Positions 16,136 to 24,584 of a stretch of DNA of 29,779 bases are shown here, in pieces (position 1 is the first letter of the stretch; each line of letters starts with the position of its first letter). Origin of the DNA: a virus (lineage: Duplodnaviria > Caudoviricetes); IMG/VR virus record IMGVR_UViG_3300032321_000815, positions 1-29,779 of that record; one strand, 5' to 3'. The notes beneath the pieces were generated by a model, which saw nothing but the letters and a program-made list of their open reading frames with translations, was not told where the DNA came from and searched no databases. Position numbers and translations under genes: made by a program.

Positions 16136-16452
16136 TCCATGTCTCCCACGACCTGGTCGTCGGAGAGGAGGACCGTCGCCCAGGCCTTCTTGTAAAGCCA
16201 CATTACGCGACGGTGAGCCGCGAGCAGGACCTTCGACGCCTCGGCCCCGAGCGGCTTTCCGCTCGCGTCGCAAAGGCAGGTGGTGAGCGTCTTCGCGATC
16301 AAATCGGCAGGAGGAGCTGCGGTGCCAAGGTCCCGGTGAGCCATCGCCAGGCCGTGCCATTCGGCGAAGGTCGGATAGCGGAAGTAGACCGGCTCGCTAT
16401 AGCCTGGCGGATTCACTAGGACCGTTTCGGAGATGTTGTCGAGGAGCGTCAT
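16126..16452 (-). CDS. Tail assembly chaperone (gpG-like)
   Basis: Ends ATG GAA AAA AAC TAA; lies between tube-like genes and the tape measure. Confidence 0.8.
   Translation of the reverse strand: MTLLDNISETVLVNPPGYSEPVYFRYPTFAEWHGLAMAHRDLGTAAPPADLIAKTLTTCLCDASGKPLGAEASKVLLAAHRRVMWLYKKAWATVLLSDDQVVGDMEKN
16129..16135 (-). other. -1 ribosomal frameshift slippery heptamer A AAA AAC
   Basis: X XXY YYZ pattern directly before the chaperone stop codon. Confidence 0.8.
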
Positions 16453-16835
16453 GATCCTTCACCTGTGAGTTTGAAGACTGCCTGTCCGACCAGGAACTCG
16501 CCGACGCTGCCGGTCACATCGAACGACTCGAGGTAGGCCGGCTTCGTCAGCGACACGCCATCCCCGAATACCGACACACTGGAGCGAAACCCGATGTCGG
16601 CATTCACATACGGAGGGCATCCGTAGAGTGTGACCTCGACCGTCCCCGGATCAATCGCGATGCAGTCGTATACCTTCACGATCCTTGCGTTCGGTCCATA
16701 GCCGACGACCTCGCTCGTGATGTTCGTCTTCTCGACGAACACGGCGTTGCCAGGGGAGACTCGCCAGCGAGTGATCCGGCCAAGATTCTGCCCGTTGAAC
16801 GAGCAGGTCGAGCCCTGCGACGAAGGAGTCGGCAT
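16449..16835 (-). CDS. Tail tube-like protein, paralog 3 (128 aa)
   Basis: Position before the chaperone; C-terminal LESFDVTGSVGEFLVGQAVF resembles the two upstream genes. Confidence 0.55.
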   Translation of the reverse strand: MPTPSSQGSTCSFNGQNLGRITRWRVSPGNAVFVEKTNITSEVVGYGPNARIVKVYDCIAIDPGTVEVTLYGCPPYVNADIGFRSSVSVFGDGVSLTKPAYLESFDVTGSVGEFLVGQAVFKLTGEGS

Positions 16836-16853
16836 CGAGTCGGCCTCCTACGG

Positions 16854-17219
16854 TCAGGCCGCGTAGTCGCTTGTGTAGTTGGCGGTCCACTTCTTCAGCT
16901 CGCCGACCGCGTCGTCGCTCGTGGAGTCCATGCACTTACAGACCACGCCTTCGGCCGTGATCGTCGTCCCCTTCGTGGGCTTCGTTGATCCGAGGCCCTC
17001 GATCGTGACGGTGACGACCATTCCGGTGGCAGAGTTTTGGCCGTAGTCCGTCAGGCCGTTTTCGTAGACCCGCGTCCCGCCGTCGGCGATCGACAGGGTC
17101 GAGGCGTCGAGCTGCGGCGTCACGTCAGACTGTCGCGCGACCTTCACGGTGACCTTCGTAGCGCCGGAGACGCTATACGCTGCGAACCCTTGCGAACTTG
17201 TGAATGTTGCTGCGGGCAC
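16854..17219 (-). CDS. Tail tube-like protein, paralog 2 (121 aa)
   Basis: AGGAG RBS, GTG start; TPQLDASTL...RVY and AVGELKKWTANY. Confidence 0.55.
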   Translation of the reverse strand: MPAATFTSSQGFAAYSVSGATKVTVKVARQSDVTPQLDASTLSIADGGTRVYENGLTDYGQNSATGMVVTVTIEGLGSTKPTKGTTITAEGVVCKCMDSTSDDAVGELKKWTANYTSDYAA

Positions 17220-17234
17220 GTCGTCTGCTCCTGG

Positions 17235-17576
17235 TTACGAGGCCGGGTAGAACGAGAACTCGGCCGACCAGGTGGCGTACTTGCCGACCTCGTAGCTCTT
17301 CTCGTAGCTCTCACAAATCCAGCCGGTCGTCGTGGCGGCCGCCGTGATCGCGAGCGTCGTGTCCGACTTCAGATTCCCGGAGACGCTGCATGTCTTCGTG
17401 GCGGTCTTCGTCCCGCCCTCGATCAGCGGAGGGGCCGCATACTGTCGCGTCGAGTCGCCGAGGACCGTCACGTCTTCCTTGGGAGTCGCCCCGGCCGTTT
17501 CGATATCCTTCAGTGAGATAGTCTTCGCGCCGGACGGGATCGTCGGGCCTGGCGATGTCAGCGTGGAGATCGGCAT
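17235..17576 (-). CDS. Tail tube-like protein, paralog 1 (113 aa)
   Basis: AGGAG RBS; TPKEDVTVL...RQY and EVGKYATWSAEF; follows the terminator-like gene. Confidence 0.55.
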   Translation of the reverse strand: MPISTLTSPGPTIPSGAKTISLKDIETAGATPKEDVTVLGDSTRQYAAPPLIEGGTKTATKTCSVSGNLKSDTTLAITAAATTTGWICESYEKSYEVGKYATWSAEFSFYPAS

Positions 17577-17603
17577 GGTCTGCTCCTGTGTCGGACGTGG
17601 TCG

Positions 17604-17634
17604 ATTTTATGGGGTGACGTGCGGGGCGAATCTC
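17604..17634 (-). promoter_or_regulatory. Putative late promoter (GAGATT-N19-TAAAAT)
   Basis: Same motif and spacing recur upstream of the capsid and portal genes. Confidence 0.5.
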
Positions 17635-18046
17635 ACTCAGCCCAGCGGACCTCGACCGACAGCTCGACCGTATAGGTCGGCGTCTCGCGGCCCTCGAGGT
17701 AGTCTGGCTGGCCGTCTCGCTCGTCGAGAACCAGGCAGTGTTCGACCGTCGTCCCGTCGGCGGTGCCGGCGAACTTGTGGATCGCCGCGGTGATCTGGCC
17801 GGCGAGCGTCCAGGCCTGGACGTAGTCGTCGGCGTAGACCGCCACCAGGAACCGGGCGACCGGGTTGACCTGGTCGGCGGCCGGCGTGTCGTCGAACGTG
17901 TCGGCCAGGACCTGCTCGCGGCCGGTCGCCTCGCGGGCGTAGATCGTGAACGGCGGCGACTGGGTGCCGGTCATGCCGACTGGCCAGGCCGTGGCCGACG
18001 TGGCGTCCTCGATCGCTTCCTTCAGCCAGACGTGGGGCGTGGGCAT
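17633..18046 (-). CDS. Tail terminator / tail completion protein (DUF3168-like)
   Basis: Size, position after the gp10-like gene, and PPFTIY...VYADDY..AWTLA pattern. Confidence 0.7.
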   Translation of the reverse strand: MPTPHVWLKEAIEDATSATAWPVGMTGTQSPPFTIYAREATGREQVLADTFDDTPAADQVNPVARFLVAVYADDYVQAWTLAGQITAAIHKFAGTADGTTVEHCLVLDERDGQPDYLEGRETPTYTVELSVEVRWAE

Positions 18047-18054
18047 GGTGGCTC

Positions 18055-18597
18055 CTACTGTGGTGCGATGCCGGCCGCGACGCCGCGTTTCGACATGCCG
18101 GGCCGCATGGGTGAGTTTGCCTCGTTGACGGCCTTCTCCAGGGCGGCTGCCATCTCGGCCTCTAGCCGACTTCCGACAATTGCCTTTGAGGCCGCGAGCG
18201 TCTTGTCGATGATCTTCCGCGGCTCGATCCCGCGACTAGTTCCAAACTCCAGCCAGATAGCTTTCCGCGATTCGTATCCGTACTTGTAGCCGAGGGCACC
18301 GAAAACCACGCCGTCCTTGTTTGTTCCCTTGTAGCGTGCCGTGAACGTCGCGGCCTTTCGGAGCGAGCCGCCTCGCCGCTTGTAATTCATCTTCAGCTCA
18401 CCGCGAACGACCGCGGCCTTCACGCGGCGGCCGCCACCCTTCGGCGTGTTCGCCTTCAGGATCGGAATCGCGTCCTTTCCTGCCCGCTTCATCGCGGCCT
18501 GAAGATGTTTCTTCGCCACGCTGCGGGGGAGCTCGGCGTATCGCTTCATCAGCTCGCCGATCTGCCCTTCGACGTTGTTCCATCCGAGGACGATCAT
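18055..18597 (-). CDS. HK97 gp10-like neck protein
   Basis: Basic protein with KANTP, GSLRKA and WLEFGT motifs. Confidence 0.75.
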   Translation of the reverse strand: MIVLGWNNVEGQIGELMKRYAELPRSVAKKHLQAAMKRAGKDAIPILKANTPKGGGRRVKAAVVRGELKMNYKRRGGSLRKAATFTARYKGTNKDGVVFGALGYKYGYESRKAIWLEFGTSRGIEPRKIIDKTLAASKAIVGSRLEAEMAAALEKAVNEANSPMRPGMSKRGVAAGIAPQ

Positions 18598-18926
18598 GCC
18601 GCCTGCTCCTCGACGGTCAGCTCGAGGTCGTCGCGGTTCCCCTGCTCGACGACGGCCGAGACGTAGAGGAGCCGGTCGCCGCGGCTCGGCCAGCGAAGAC
18701 GCTGGTCACCTGCTACGTCGCTCCGGTATCTCGTGTAGACCGTGGCCGAGATCCCGCCGCCGACCTGGCGGCGGCGGGCCTGTTCGTTGTAGCTCGTGGC
18801 CTCGTAGGACCCGAGGATCGTCGCGACCGTCTCCCAGGTCTCGACGGTTCCGCCGGCCGCGTTGCGGCTGCGGACTGGCCGCTCCAGGACGAAGACCTCG
18901 CGGTAGCGGCCGGCAGCTCGTGCCAT
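18594..18926 (-). CDS. Head-tail adaptor / head closure protein
   Basis: AGRYRE...RNAAGG.VETWETVAT...RYRSDV pattern; TGATG overlap at 18926. Confidence 0.8.
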   Translation of the reverse strand: MARAAGRYREVFVLERPVRSRNAAGGTVETWETVATILGSYEATSYNEQARRRQVGGGISATVYTRYRSDVAGDQRLRWPSRGDRLLYVSAVVEQGNRDDLELTVEEQAA

Positions 18927-19486
18927 CACCAGCCTCCGTTCCACGAGCTCGCCGCGAGGAGCGTCTCGAACGCCTGGGGCAGCTCGCCGCCGCCTTCGGT
19001 GTTGAGGACGCCGCGATTCTCAAACTGGTGGTTCACATAGGCCAGGATCGCCGAGCGGACCATCGGCTCGATCGTCGAGCCCGGAGCGACGCCGGCCCAG
19101 TAAGTGACGACGATCTTCTCGGTCGTCTCATTGTCGAGCGTGACGATAGCCGGGAACGCGTCCTGGTCGACCTCGTAGTCGGACGCCGACAGGGCAGCCC
19201 CGTCGACCGTGATCGTGATCGGATAGGTGCCGGAGATCAGCACGGGCGGGGCCGGCAGGTAGAGAACCTTCCCGCCCGTCCGCCAGGTCGCCCGGTACTG
19301 TGTCGCGACGAGCGTCACAGAGAGTCGGCTCTCGACCAGACGCCGGGCCGCGGCGACTTTGTCGAGGAGGAACCGATCGTGTTCGGCCTGGTCCTGAGAG
19401 ATCGAGACCTGGGCCTTCGCCTCGGTGAGCGAGACAGGCTCGACGAGAGGCCACTGGAGAACGCGGATCGTGTCGGGCTTTGCCAT
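18926..19486 (-). CDS. Head-tail connector (HK97 gp6-like)
   Basis: EPVSLTEAKAQ, AARRLVE and AIL..V.HQFENRG motifs. Confidence 0.85.
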   Translation of the reverse strand: MAKPDTIRVLQWPLVEPVSLTEAKAQVSISQDQAEHDRFLLDKVAAARRLVESRLSVTLVATQYRATWRTGGKVLYLPAPPVLISGTYPITITVDGAALSASDYEVDQDAFPAIVTLDNETTEKIVVTYWAGVAPGSTIEPMVRSAILAYVNHQFENRGVLNTEGGGELPQAFETLLAASSWNGGW

Positions 19487-19516
19487 CGGTCGCTCCGTGG
19501 TCCAGATAGGCGAAGA

Positions 19517-19546
19517 GCCGGGGCCGGCATCCCTGCCAGCCCCGGC
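19517..19546 (-). terminator. Putative terminator/stabilising hairpin after the capsid gene
   Basis: 13-bp stem GCCGGGGCTGGCA / TGCCGGCCCCGGC with GGGA loop, followed by TCTTC. Confidence 0.55.
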
Positions 19547-19570
19547 CCCCGTGAATCACATCGACACGGA

Positions 19571-20797
19571 TCAGGAGGTCGCCTTCGCCAGCCGACCGAC
19601 GAACTCGGGGCCGTGATTCAGCACGCCGAGGCGGCTGGATCCGACGAAGAGCGTCTGACGGCTGCGGACGAGCAGCTCCTTCGCGACCGTGATCTGGATC
19701 CCTTCGGCAGCGAGACCGACCGCAGTCGACTTGCTGAAGTCACCGTAGAGGGCCAGCGTGGTCGCCGGCATACCCTTGGCGAGGTAGACCGGAGCACCGT
19801 ACACCGTCGGGACCACCCGACCGCCACCGACCGTCATGGTCGTCTGCTGGGCTGCCCACAGCTTCATCAGGTCGACGTAGCCGGCTTTCGAGCACACCCA
19901 GGCCCCGGTTCCCATGATCGTCTCGTCGACCTTGCCGACCACGTCCGCGAGGTTTGCGGCGGTCGTCGAGGAGGCGAGGGCCACGGTCACGGTGTTGGGA
20001 TTGCTCGCGATAGCGGCGACCGCGGCCGGGAGGCCGGAGATCGTCGGGCTCGACGAGTTGCCGGTGAGCCACTTCTGGTCGTACCAGACAGCGAACCCGT
20101 AGGACATGCGGTCTACGAGCAGGCCAGCCACGTCGATCGGCGAGTCGTTCAGGAGGGCGTTCGACACCGCGACCGAGCCGCCGGCCTCGTAGAGGGTCAG
20201 CGTCGGGCCGCTGGTCGACAGGTCCTGGTCGGTGAACGCCGCGTTCTCGGCGGCGAACGAGACCGTGAACTCGCCGCTTTTCGGCAGGTTGATCGACTGG
20301 CCCCGCGGCCGGAAGATGCTCGCGAGCTGCATCGCCACCGACTGGTACTGGAGGCGGTTGATGATCGCGTCGTAGAGCTCGGTCACGACGTACGAGTCGC
20401 CGTAGCCGCTGACGGTCTCGCCCATGGCTCGCTTTTCGCCGCTGGCGAGACGGACCAGGAACTCGCCGACATCGGCCGCGACCTGCGCCGAGCGGAACGC
20501 TCGAACGCCGGCACGGATGTCGGGCCGCGAGAAGTCTTCGGGCTGGGCCACTTCGGCCGGCTTTGGCGAGCTGGCCGACTCGGTGACGGTGCGGAGGCTG
20601 GCGAGCTTCTCGTCGAGGGCTCGCTCGGCGGCCGCTTCCTTCGCGATGTTGTCGGACTGCTCCGACAGGGCGGCGAGCCGCTCCTCGACCCGGGTCCGCT
20701 CGGCATCGTCGGTCGTCTCGACTGCGCGGAGATCGGTGATCTCGGCGGCGACCTTGGCGGCGTCATCCTGGAGGCGGGCGAGCTTGGGCGACGGCAT
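19571..20797 (-). CDS. Major capsid protein, HK97 family
   Basis: N-terminal coiled-coil delta domain, then GDSYVV.EL...II, VSNALLNDS.ID and LYGDFS motifs. Confidence 0.92.
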   Translation of the reverse strand: MPSPKLARLQDDAAKVAAEITDLRAVETTDDAERTRVEERLAALSEQSDNIAKEAAAERALDEKLASLRTVTESASSPKPAEVAQPEDFSRPDIRAGVRAFRSAQVAADVGEFLVRLASGEKRAMGETVSGYGDSYVVTELYDAIINRLQYQSVAMQLASIFRPRGQSINLPKSGEFTVSFAAENAAFTDQDLSTSGPTLTLYEAGGSVAVSNALLNDSPIDVAGLLVDRMSYGFAVWYDQKWLTGNSSSPTISGLPAAVAAIASNPNTVTVALASSTTAANLADVVGKVDETIMGTGAWVCSKAGYVDLMKLWAAQQTTMTVGGGRVVPTVYGAPVYLAKGMPATTLALYGDFSKSTAVGLAAEGIQITVAKELLVRSRQTLFVGSSRLGVLNHGPEFVGRLAKATS

Positions 20798-20842
20798 GGG
20801 CGATTCCCTTCGTGTGTCTGTGTGGTGTCCTTACCGCACGCC

Positions 20843-20873
20843 ACGATATGACCGCCCGCCGTGGCAGAATCTC
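20843..20873 (-). promoter_or_regulatory. Putative late promoter (GAGATT-N19-TATCGT)
   Basis: Shares GAGATTCTGCC with the portal upstream region. Confidence 0.5.
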
Positions 20874-20896
20874 TCCGCCGTCCTACGGTAGGACGA

Positions 20897-21196
20897 TCAG
20901 CGGTCGGGGCCCGCCGATCCGATCCGCGTGATGATCTGGCGCTGCCCGGCCGCGATCTCCTGGAGCGTCTCGGCCTGGCGGACCTGAGTCTCGCCGAGCG
21001 AGCGGAGCGTCGCCGATGTTTGCTGGAGGTACTCGGTGTGGCTCTCGACGATCGGGACGACGACCGTCGAATGCAGCGAGGCGGCTGCCTGCCAGAACAT
21101 CCAGAGGATCACGGCCAGGATCCCGGCCGGGATCCCGATCGTGTTCAGTAGGGCCCCGGTCGGACCGAGGGCCTCGACGATTTCGCTTCGCGTCAC
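20897..21196 (-). CDS. Holin-like single-TM protein with coiled-coil tail (99 aa)
   Basis: LLNTIGIPAGILAVILWMFW then a heptad-like tail; GTGA coupling. Confidence 0.55.
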   Translation of the reverse strand: MTRSEIVEALGPTGALLNTIGIPAGILAVILWMFWQAAASLHSTVVVPIVESHTEYLQQTSATLRSLGETQVRQAETLQEIAAGQRQIITRIGSAGPDR

Positions 21197-21516
21197 GATC
21201 CGCTCATACTGTTCAGCCACCGAATCACGAGGGCCTGGACGATCGCCGAGATCGCCCAGACGAGGATCAACGTCATAAAGGCCATTCCGCATTGTTCGGC
21301 GTAGACGGTCCTGACACGCCGCTCGACGCGGCGTCGGATCGCGTCGACGTGATGATCGCACCAGCCGGCGGCGAGCTCGCCCTCGACGGCGTCGAGCTGC
21401 GACAGGGCGACGCGGACGAGCGCGTCGCACCGCTCGCGGCCGAGCATCGACCGCCGCAGCGGCCGATCTGCCAGGGCCTGCCAGACTTCCTCGCGAGCCT
21501 GCTCGAGGTCGGTCAC
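21193..21516 (-). CDS. Hypothetical protein with C-terminal TM helix (107 aa)
   Basis: GTGA coupling; FMTLILVWAISAIVQALVIRWL. Confidence 0.65.
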   Translation of the reverse strand: MTDLEQAREEVWQALADRPLRRSMLGRERCDALVRVALSQLDAVEGELAAGWCDHHVDAIRRRVERRVRTVYAEQCGMAFMTLILVWAISAIVQALVIRWLNSMSGS

Positions 21517-22283
21517 GGTTGCACCTCGCAGAGCGTCGCGACCGGTGCCTTCCGGTCGGCCTCGGCCAGGAACAGCGCTATCCGCGTCGAGCAAGATCCG
21601 ATCGTCCGGTTCCGGGCGGCCCCGAACAGGACGCCGGCCAGCTCTCCGGCCTGGTCGAAGATCGGCCCGCCTGAGTCGCCATGCCGGGCAGCGCCTTCGA
21701 GCTCGACGAACTGGGCGGGGTGTTTCCGCGTGGGCGACCCGTAGTCGGTCACCTTCCCCGTTTGCTCGCGGTAGACGCCGGCCGGACCGTAGCCGGCAAT
21801 CGTCAGCGGGTCACCGAGCCGCGGGGCCTGGGAGGCGATCGCCACGGGCTCGGCGTCTGGCCTGCCGACGACCAGGGCCGCGAGGTCCCAGTCCTGGTCC
21901 CACGCGACAACGCGGGCCCGGGTTGTCAGCCCGTCCGGGAACGACACGTCGACCGCGTCCCGGTTGCTGCGGACACAGTGCCACGCGGTGAGGACTAGGC
22001 CCGACGTGCCACTGACGCGAACGAGAACGCCGCTACTGCATTCGAGCGACGCTCCGACTCCGCAGACGACGCGGCAGACGGACGGCCGCGGCTGGCCCGG
22101 CTTTCGGTCAGGAATACTGCTAGTTTTTTCTGACGAAATGTTGACGGCCGTGCCTGTGCCCTGGCAGGCCTGGCACGGATAGAACAGCGGCACCCGGCCG
22201 ACGGTCCGCGTACCTTGGCAGACGCCGCAGTCAGCCGCGAGGGCTGACGCCGCGAAGATCATCCAGACGATGGCGGATCGCAT
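21513..22283 (-). CDS. Secreted trypsin-like (S1) serine protease
   Basis: LTAWHC, DLAAL and GDSGGP triad motifs; signal peptide ending ALA; two CxxCxG repeats. Confidence 0.9.
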   Translation of the reverse strand: MRSAIVWMIFAASALAADCGVCQGTRTVGRVPLFYPCQACQGTGTAVNISSEKTSSIPDRKPGQPRPSVCRVVCGVGASLECSSGVLVRVSGTSGLVLTAWHCVRSNRDAVDVSFPDGLTTRARVVAWDQDWDLAALVVGRPDAEPVAIASQAPRLGDPLTIAGYGPAGVYREQTGKVTDYGSPTRKHPAQFVELEGAARHGDSGGPIFDQAGELAGVLFGAARNRTIGSCSTRIALFLAEADRKAPVATLCEVQP

Positions 22284-22286
22284 GTG

Positions 22287-23162
22287 TCATCCGGCGGGCC
22301 GGCTCCAGTCGTCGGGGAGTGTGACGGTCGCGATCGCGAACGAGCCGCGCCACGCGGAGCGGGCGGTCTGGTCGGAGTCGTAGCGAGTGACGTTGTAGGA
22401 GTCGGGGTAAGCCATGAGCCGCTGATCGGCGACCCACCGAGCCCACGGCACCGCATGGCCCCGGCGGCCCACGCTCACGACGAGGCCTCGGAGGACACAG
22501 CAGACGGCCTGCTCGTAGCTCTTCGGGAAGATCACCTCGAGCGCCCGGAAGTGGCGGGCCGTTTCCTGCCAGCCGTCGGGGAACCGCGAGACCGAGACCC
22601 ACTGTCCGCCGGACTGGTTCGAGTTGCCCTCGCCGCTCGTGCCGGTGAGCGTGTGGGCGAAGTGATACTCGGCCGGCTGGATCGTGTCGGGCAGCATCCC
22701 GCGGCGGACCGCGATCTCCAGGACCGCTCGGACGTTCGCCCCGCCCCAGCGGTCGGGATTCGCTTCGGCGTAGACGGAGAGAGGCGACAGCCAGACCGAG
22801 CCGAAGAGCGACGACTCGCCGTAGCGGTAGGCCTTCTTCGGGCCGTCCTCGAAGATCACCGACCGAGCGCGGTTGCGGGCCGCTTCCATGTTCGCCCGCA
22901 GACTGTGGCAGGTGCATTCATGGGTGGGATTCTGGTTCGTGTATCGGTCGATGAAGTTGATCGGCCAGGTGTCGTAGCGATCATTGTCGCGGGCCGCGTC
23001 GGCCCAGTCCCGCGGCTCGATCCAGAGCGAGTCCGGGAACTCGCGGGCCGCGTTGCCGCAGGCATCGCGGAGAACGTCGTCGGTGTCCTCGGCCGCCAGA
23101 TGATCTGGGTAACCGTCGTGCTCGTCAGGGAAGTAGTCGATCAGCTTCGGGTCGATGCTCAT
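22287..23162 (-). CDS. Papain-like (C1-type) cysteine protease
   Basis: NQNPTHECTCHS (Q..C), LSPLSVY, GG..V, GHAV and DSY in papain order. Confidence 0.7.
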   Translation of the reverse strand: MSIDPKLIDYFPDEHDGYPDHLAAEDTDDVLRDACGNAAREFPDSLWIEPRDWADAARDNDRYDTWPINFIDRYTNQNPTHECTCHSLRANMEAARNRARSVIFEDGPKKAYRYGESSLFGSVWLSPLSVYAEANPDRWGGANVRAVLEIAVRRGMLPDTIQPAEYHFAHTLTGTSGEGNSNQSGGQWVSVSRFPDGWQETARHFRALEVIFPKSYEQAVCCVLRGLVVSVGRRGHAVPWARWVADQRLMAYPDSYNVTRYDSDQTARSAWRGSFAIATVTLPDDWSRPAG

Positions 23163-23536
23163 GGGACTGCCCTCGCGATCGCGTCGGGGTCGGTCGGGGC
23201 CTTCACGATCGACAGGACCGTCGAGCCCGACAGGACGACAAGGGCGGGCAGGCCGTCGACCTGCGCGGCCGCCAGGGCCGGCCGGTACTGCTCGGGGATC
23301 TCGCCCGTGCCGTCGACCGTGTCGGCCTCGAGGAGCGTCGCCACGATCCCGCGGTCGCGGTTGAGTCTGTTCAGCGCGACGACGACGCCGGTCGGGACGG
23401 CCGTCTGATCCTTCTCATAGACGTAGACGGCCGCGGTCGCGACGGGCGGCGCCACGATCGGAACGGTCCACGGGATCGTCGGCAGCGGCCCCGCGAGCAG
23501 GAACAGCCCGGCGGCGAGGAGGACGAGCGGTCTCAT
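23159..23536 (-). CDS. Exported or membrane-anchored hypothetical protein (125 aa), possibly thioredoxin-like fold
   Basis: ATG at 23536 (ATGA overlap); hydrophobic N-terminus, Pro-rich linker, GLPALVVL. Confidence 0.65.
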   Translation of the reverse strand: MRPLVLLAAGLFLLAGPLPTIPWTVPIVAPPVATAAVYVYEKDQTAVPTGVVVALNRLNRDRGIVATLLEADTVDGTGEIPEQYRPALAAAQVDGLPALVVLSGSTVLSIVKAPTDPDAIARAVP

Positions 23537-23772
23537 GCCCGCGGCTCCTCGGGCTTCAGGAGCTCGGCGTGGAGCTGGAGAGCGATCGCGACGGCCGGGG
23601 TCTTCCCCTGCTCGCGGAGCCGGGTCGCAAGATCGCTCACGATCCGAACGTCGTCGGTCGGGATCTTCGAGGACGAGCCGAAGGCGCGGAGCCCGCGGGC
23701 CCACTGGACGACGAGGTAGAGGGCGTAGACGACGAGGGCGATCCCCACGGCGGCCTGGGCGTACTGCATCAC
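23533..23772 (-). CDS. Small membrane protein (79 aa)
   Basis: AAVGIALVVYALYLVVQW TM segment; AGGAG RBS. Confidence 0.7.
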   Translation of the reverse strand: MMQYAQAAVGIALVVYALYLVVQWARGLRAFGSSSKIPTDDVRIVSDLATRLREQGKTPAVAIALQLHAELLKPEEPRA

Positions 23773-24053
23773 GAGTCGGTCTCCTGTGGCATGGTGTCGG
23801 CGATCTGGTCAGCGATGGCGACGACCTCGCGGACGAGCTCGACGCCTTCGGGTGTCTTCAGGACGGCGGCGACCCGCGAGGCGAGCCGGTCGTCGAACTG
23901 CGTGTTCGTCTTCTCCGCGAGCCACTCGGCCAGGTCGCCGAGGACCACGGCCCGCTCCCGGGCGTCGAGCGTGGTCGAGATCCGCCGCATGTAGCCGAGG
24001 AGCGGCGACCACGCGTGGAGCGTTCTGATCTGGTCGACGACCGGGATCGGCAT
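23769..24053 (-). CDS. Hypothetical protein (94 aa)
   Basis: Operon coupling; KTNTQFDDRL motif. Confidence 0.7.
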   Translation of the reverse strand: MPIPVVDQIRTLHAWSPLLGYMRRISTTLDARERAVVLGDLAEWLAEKTNTQFDDRLASRVAAVLKTPEGVELVREVVAIADQIADTMPQETDS

Positions 24054-24057
24054 CGCA

Positions 24058-24432
24058 TCACCTGCCGCGAAGGACGGAGAGGTACTGCTCGAGGACGCCG
24101 CCGGCGATCGCCAGGACGAGCGTCCGGACGGCGGGCCGGGCGAATAGCCAGATCGGGTAGACGGTGGCCGGGATCGCGTAGTCGGCCACGGCGTCGAAGA
24201 GACGGCCGACCGCGTCGAGCGCGAACTCCTTTTTCTCGGGGCCCGACATGGCCTTCACGTTGTCGAGGAACGGCACGACGAGACGGAGCATGGCGAGCAG
24301 GAGCTCGCCGAACTCGCCCCACGTCAGGCCGTCGGCGGCCCGGGCCTTCGCGGTCTCGATGAACGCGTAGACCTGGTCGAGGAGTCCGTTTTCCTTGTCG
24401 GCTGCGGCAGTTGCGGCGGCGGCGGTCGTCAT
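24058..24432 (-). CDS. Hypothetical amphipathic protein (124 aa), possibly holin-like
   Basis: ATG at 24432 (ATGA overlap); SGPEKKEFAL motif and hydrophobic helices. Confidence 0.65.
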   Translation of the reverse strand: MTTAAAATAAADKENGLLDQVYAFIETAKARAADGLTWGEFGELLLAMLRLVVPFLDNVKAMSGPEKKEFALDAVGRLFDAVADYAIPATVYPIWLFARPAVRTLVLAIAGGVLEQYLSVLRGR

Positions 24433-24584
24433 CGTTTTCTTCTCCAGACGGCGTTGGCGGGGACGACCTGGCGGCGACGTTGCCGGCAGGTCTGGCATTC
24501 GACGTATCGGACCTGGCGGTCGCCGGCCCGCTTGCTCGACTCGACGCGGCAGCGGCCGCCGCAGGTCAGGCATGTGGTGGTCAC
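24429..24584 (-). CDS. Ogr/Delta-like zinc-finger protein (51 aa)
   Basis: GTG at 24584 (GTGA overlap); CLTCGG...VESSKR...VRYVECQTC. Confidence 0.6.
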   Translation of the reverse strand: MTTTCLTCGGRCRVESSKRAGDRQVRYVECQTCRQRRRQVVPANAVWRRKR

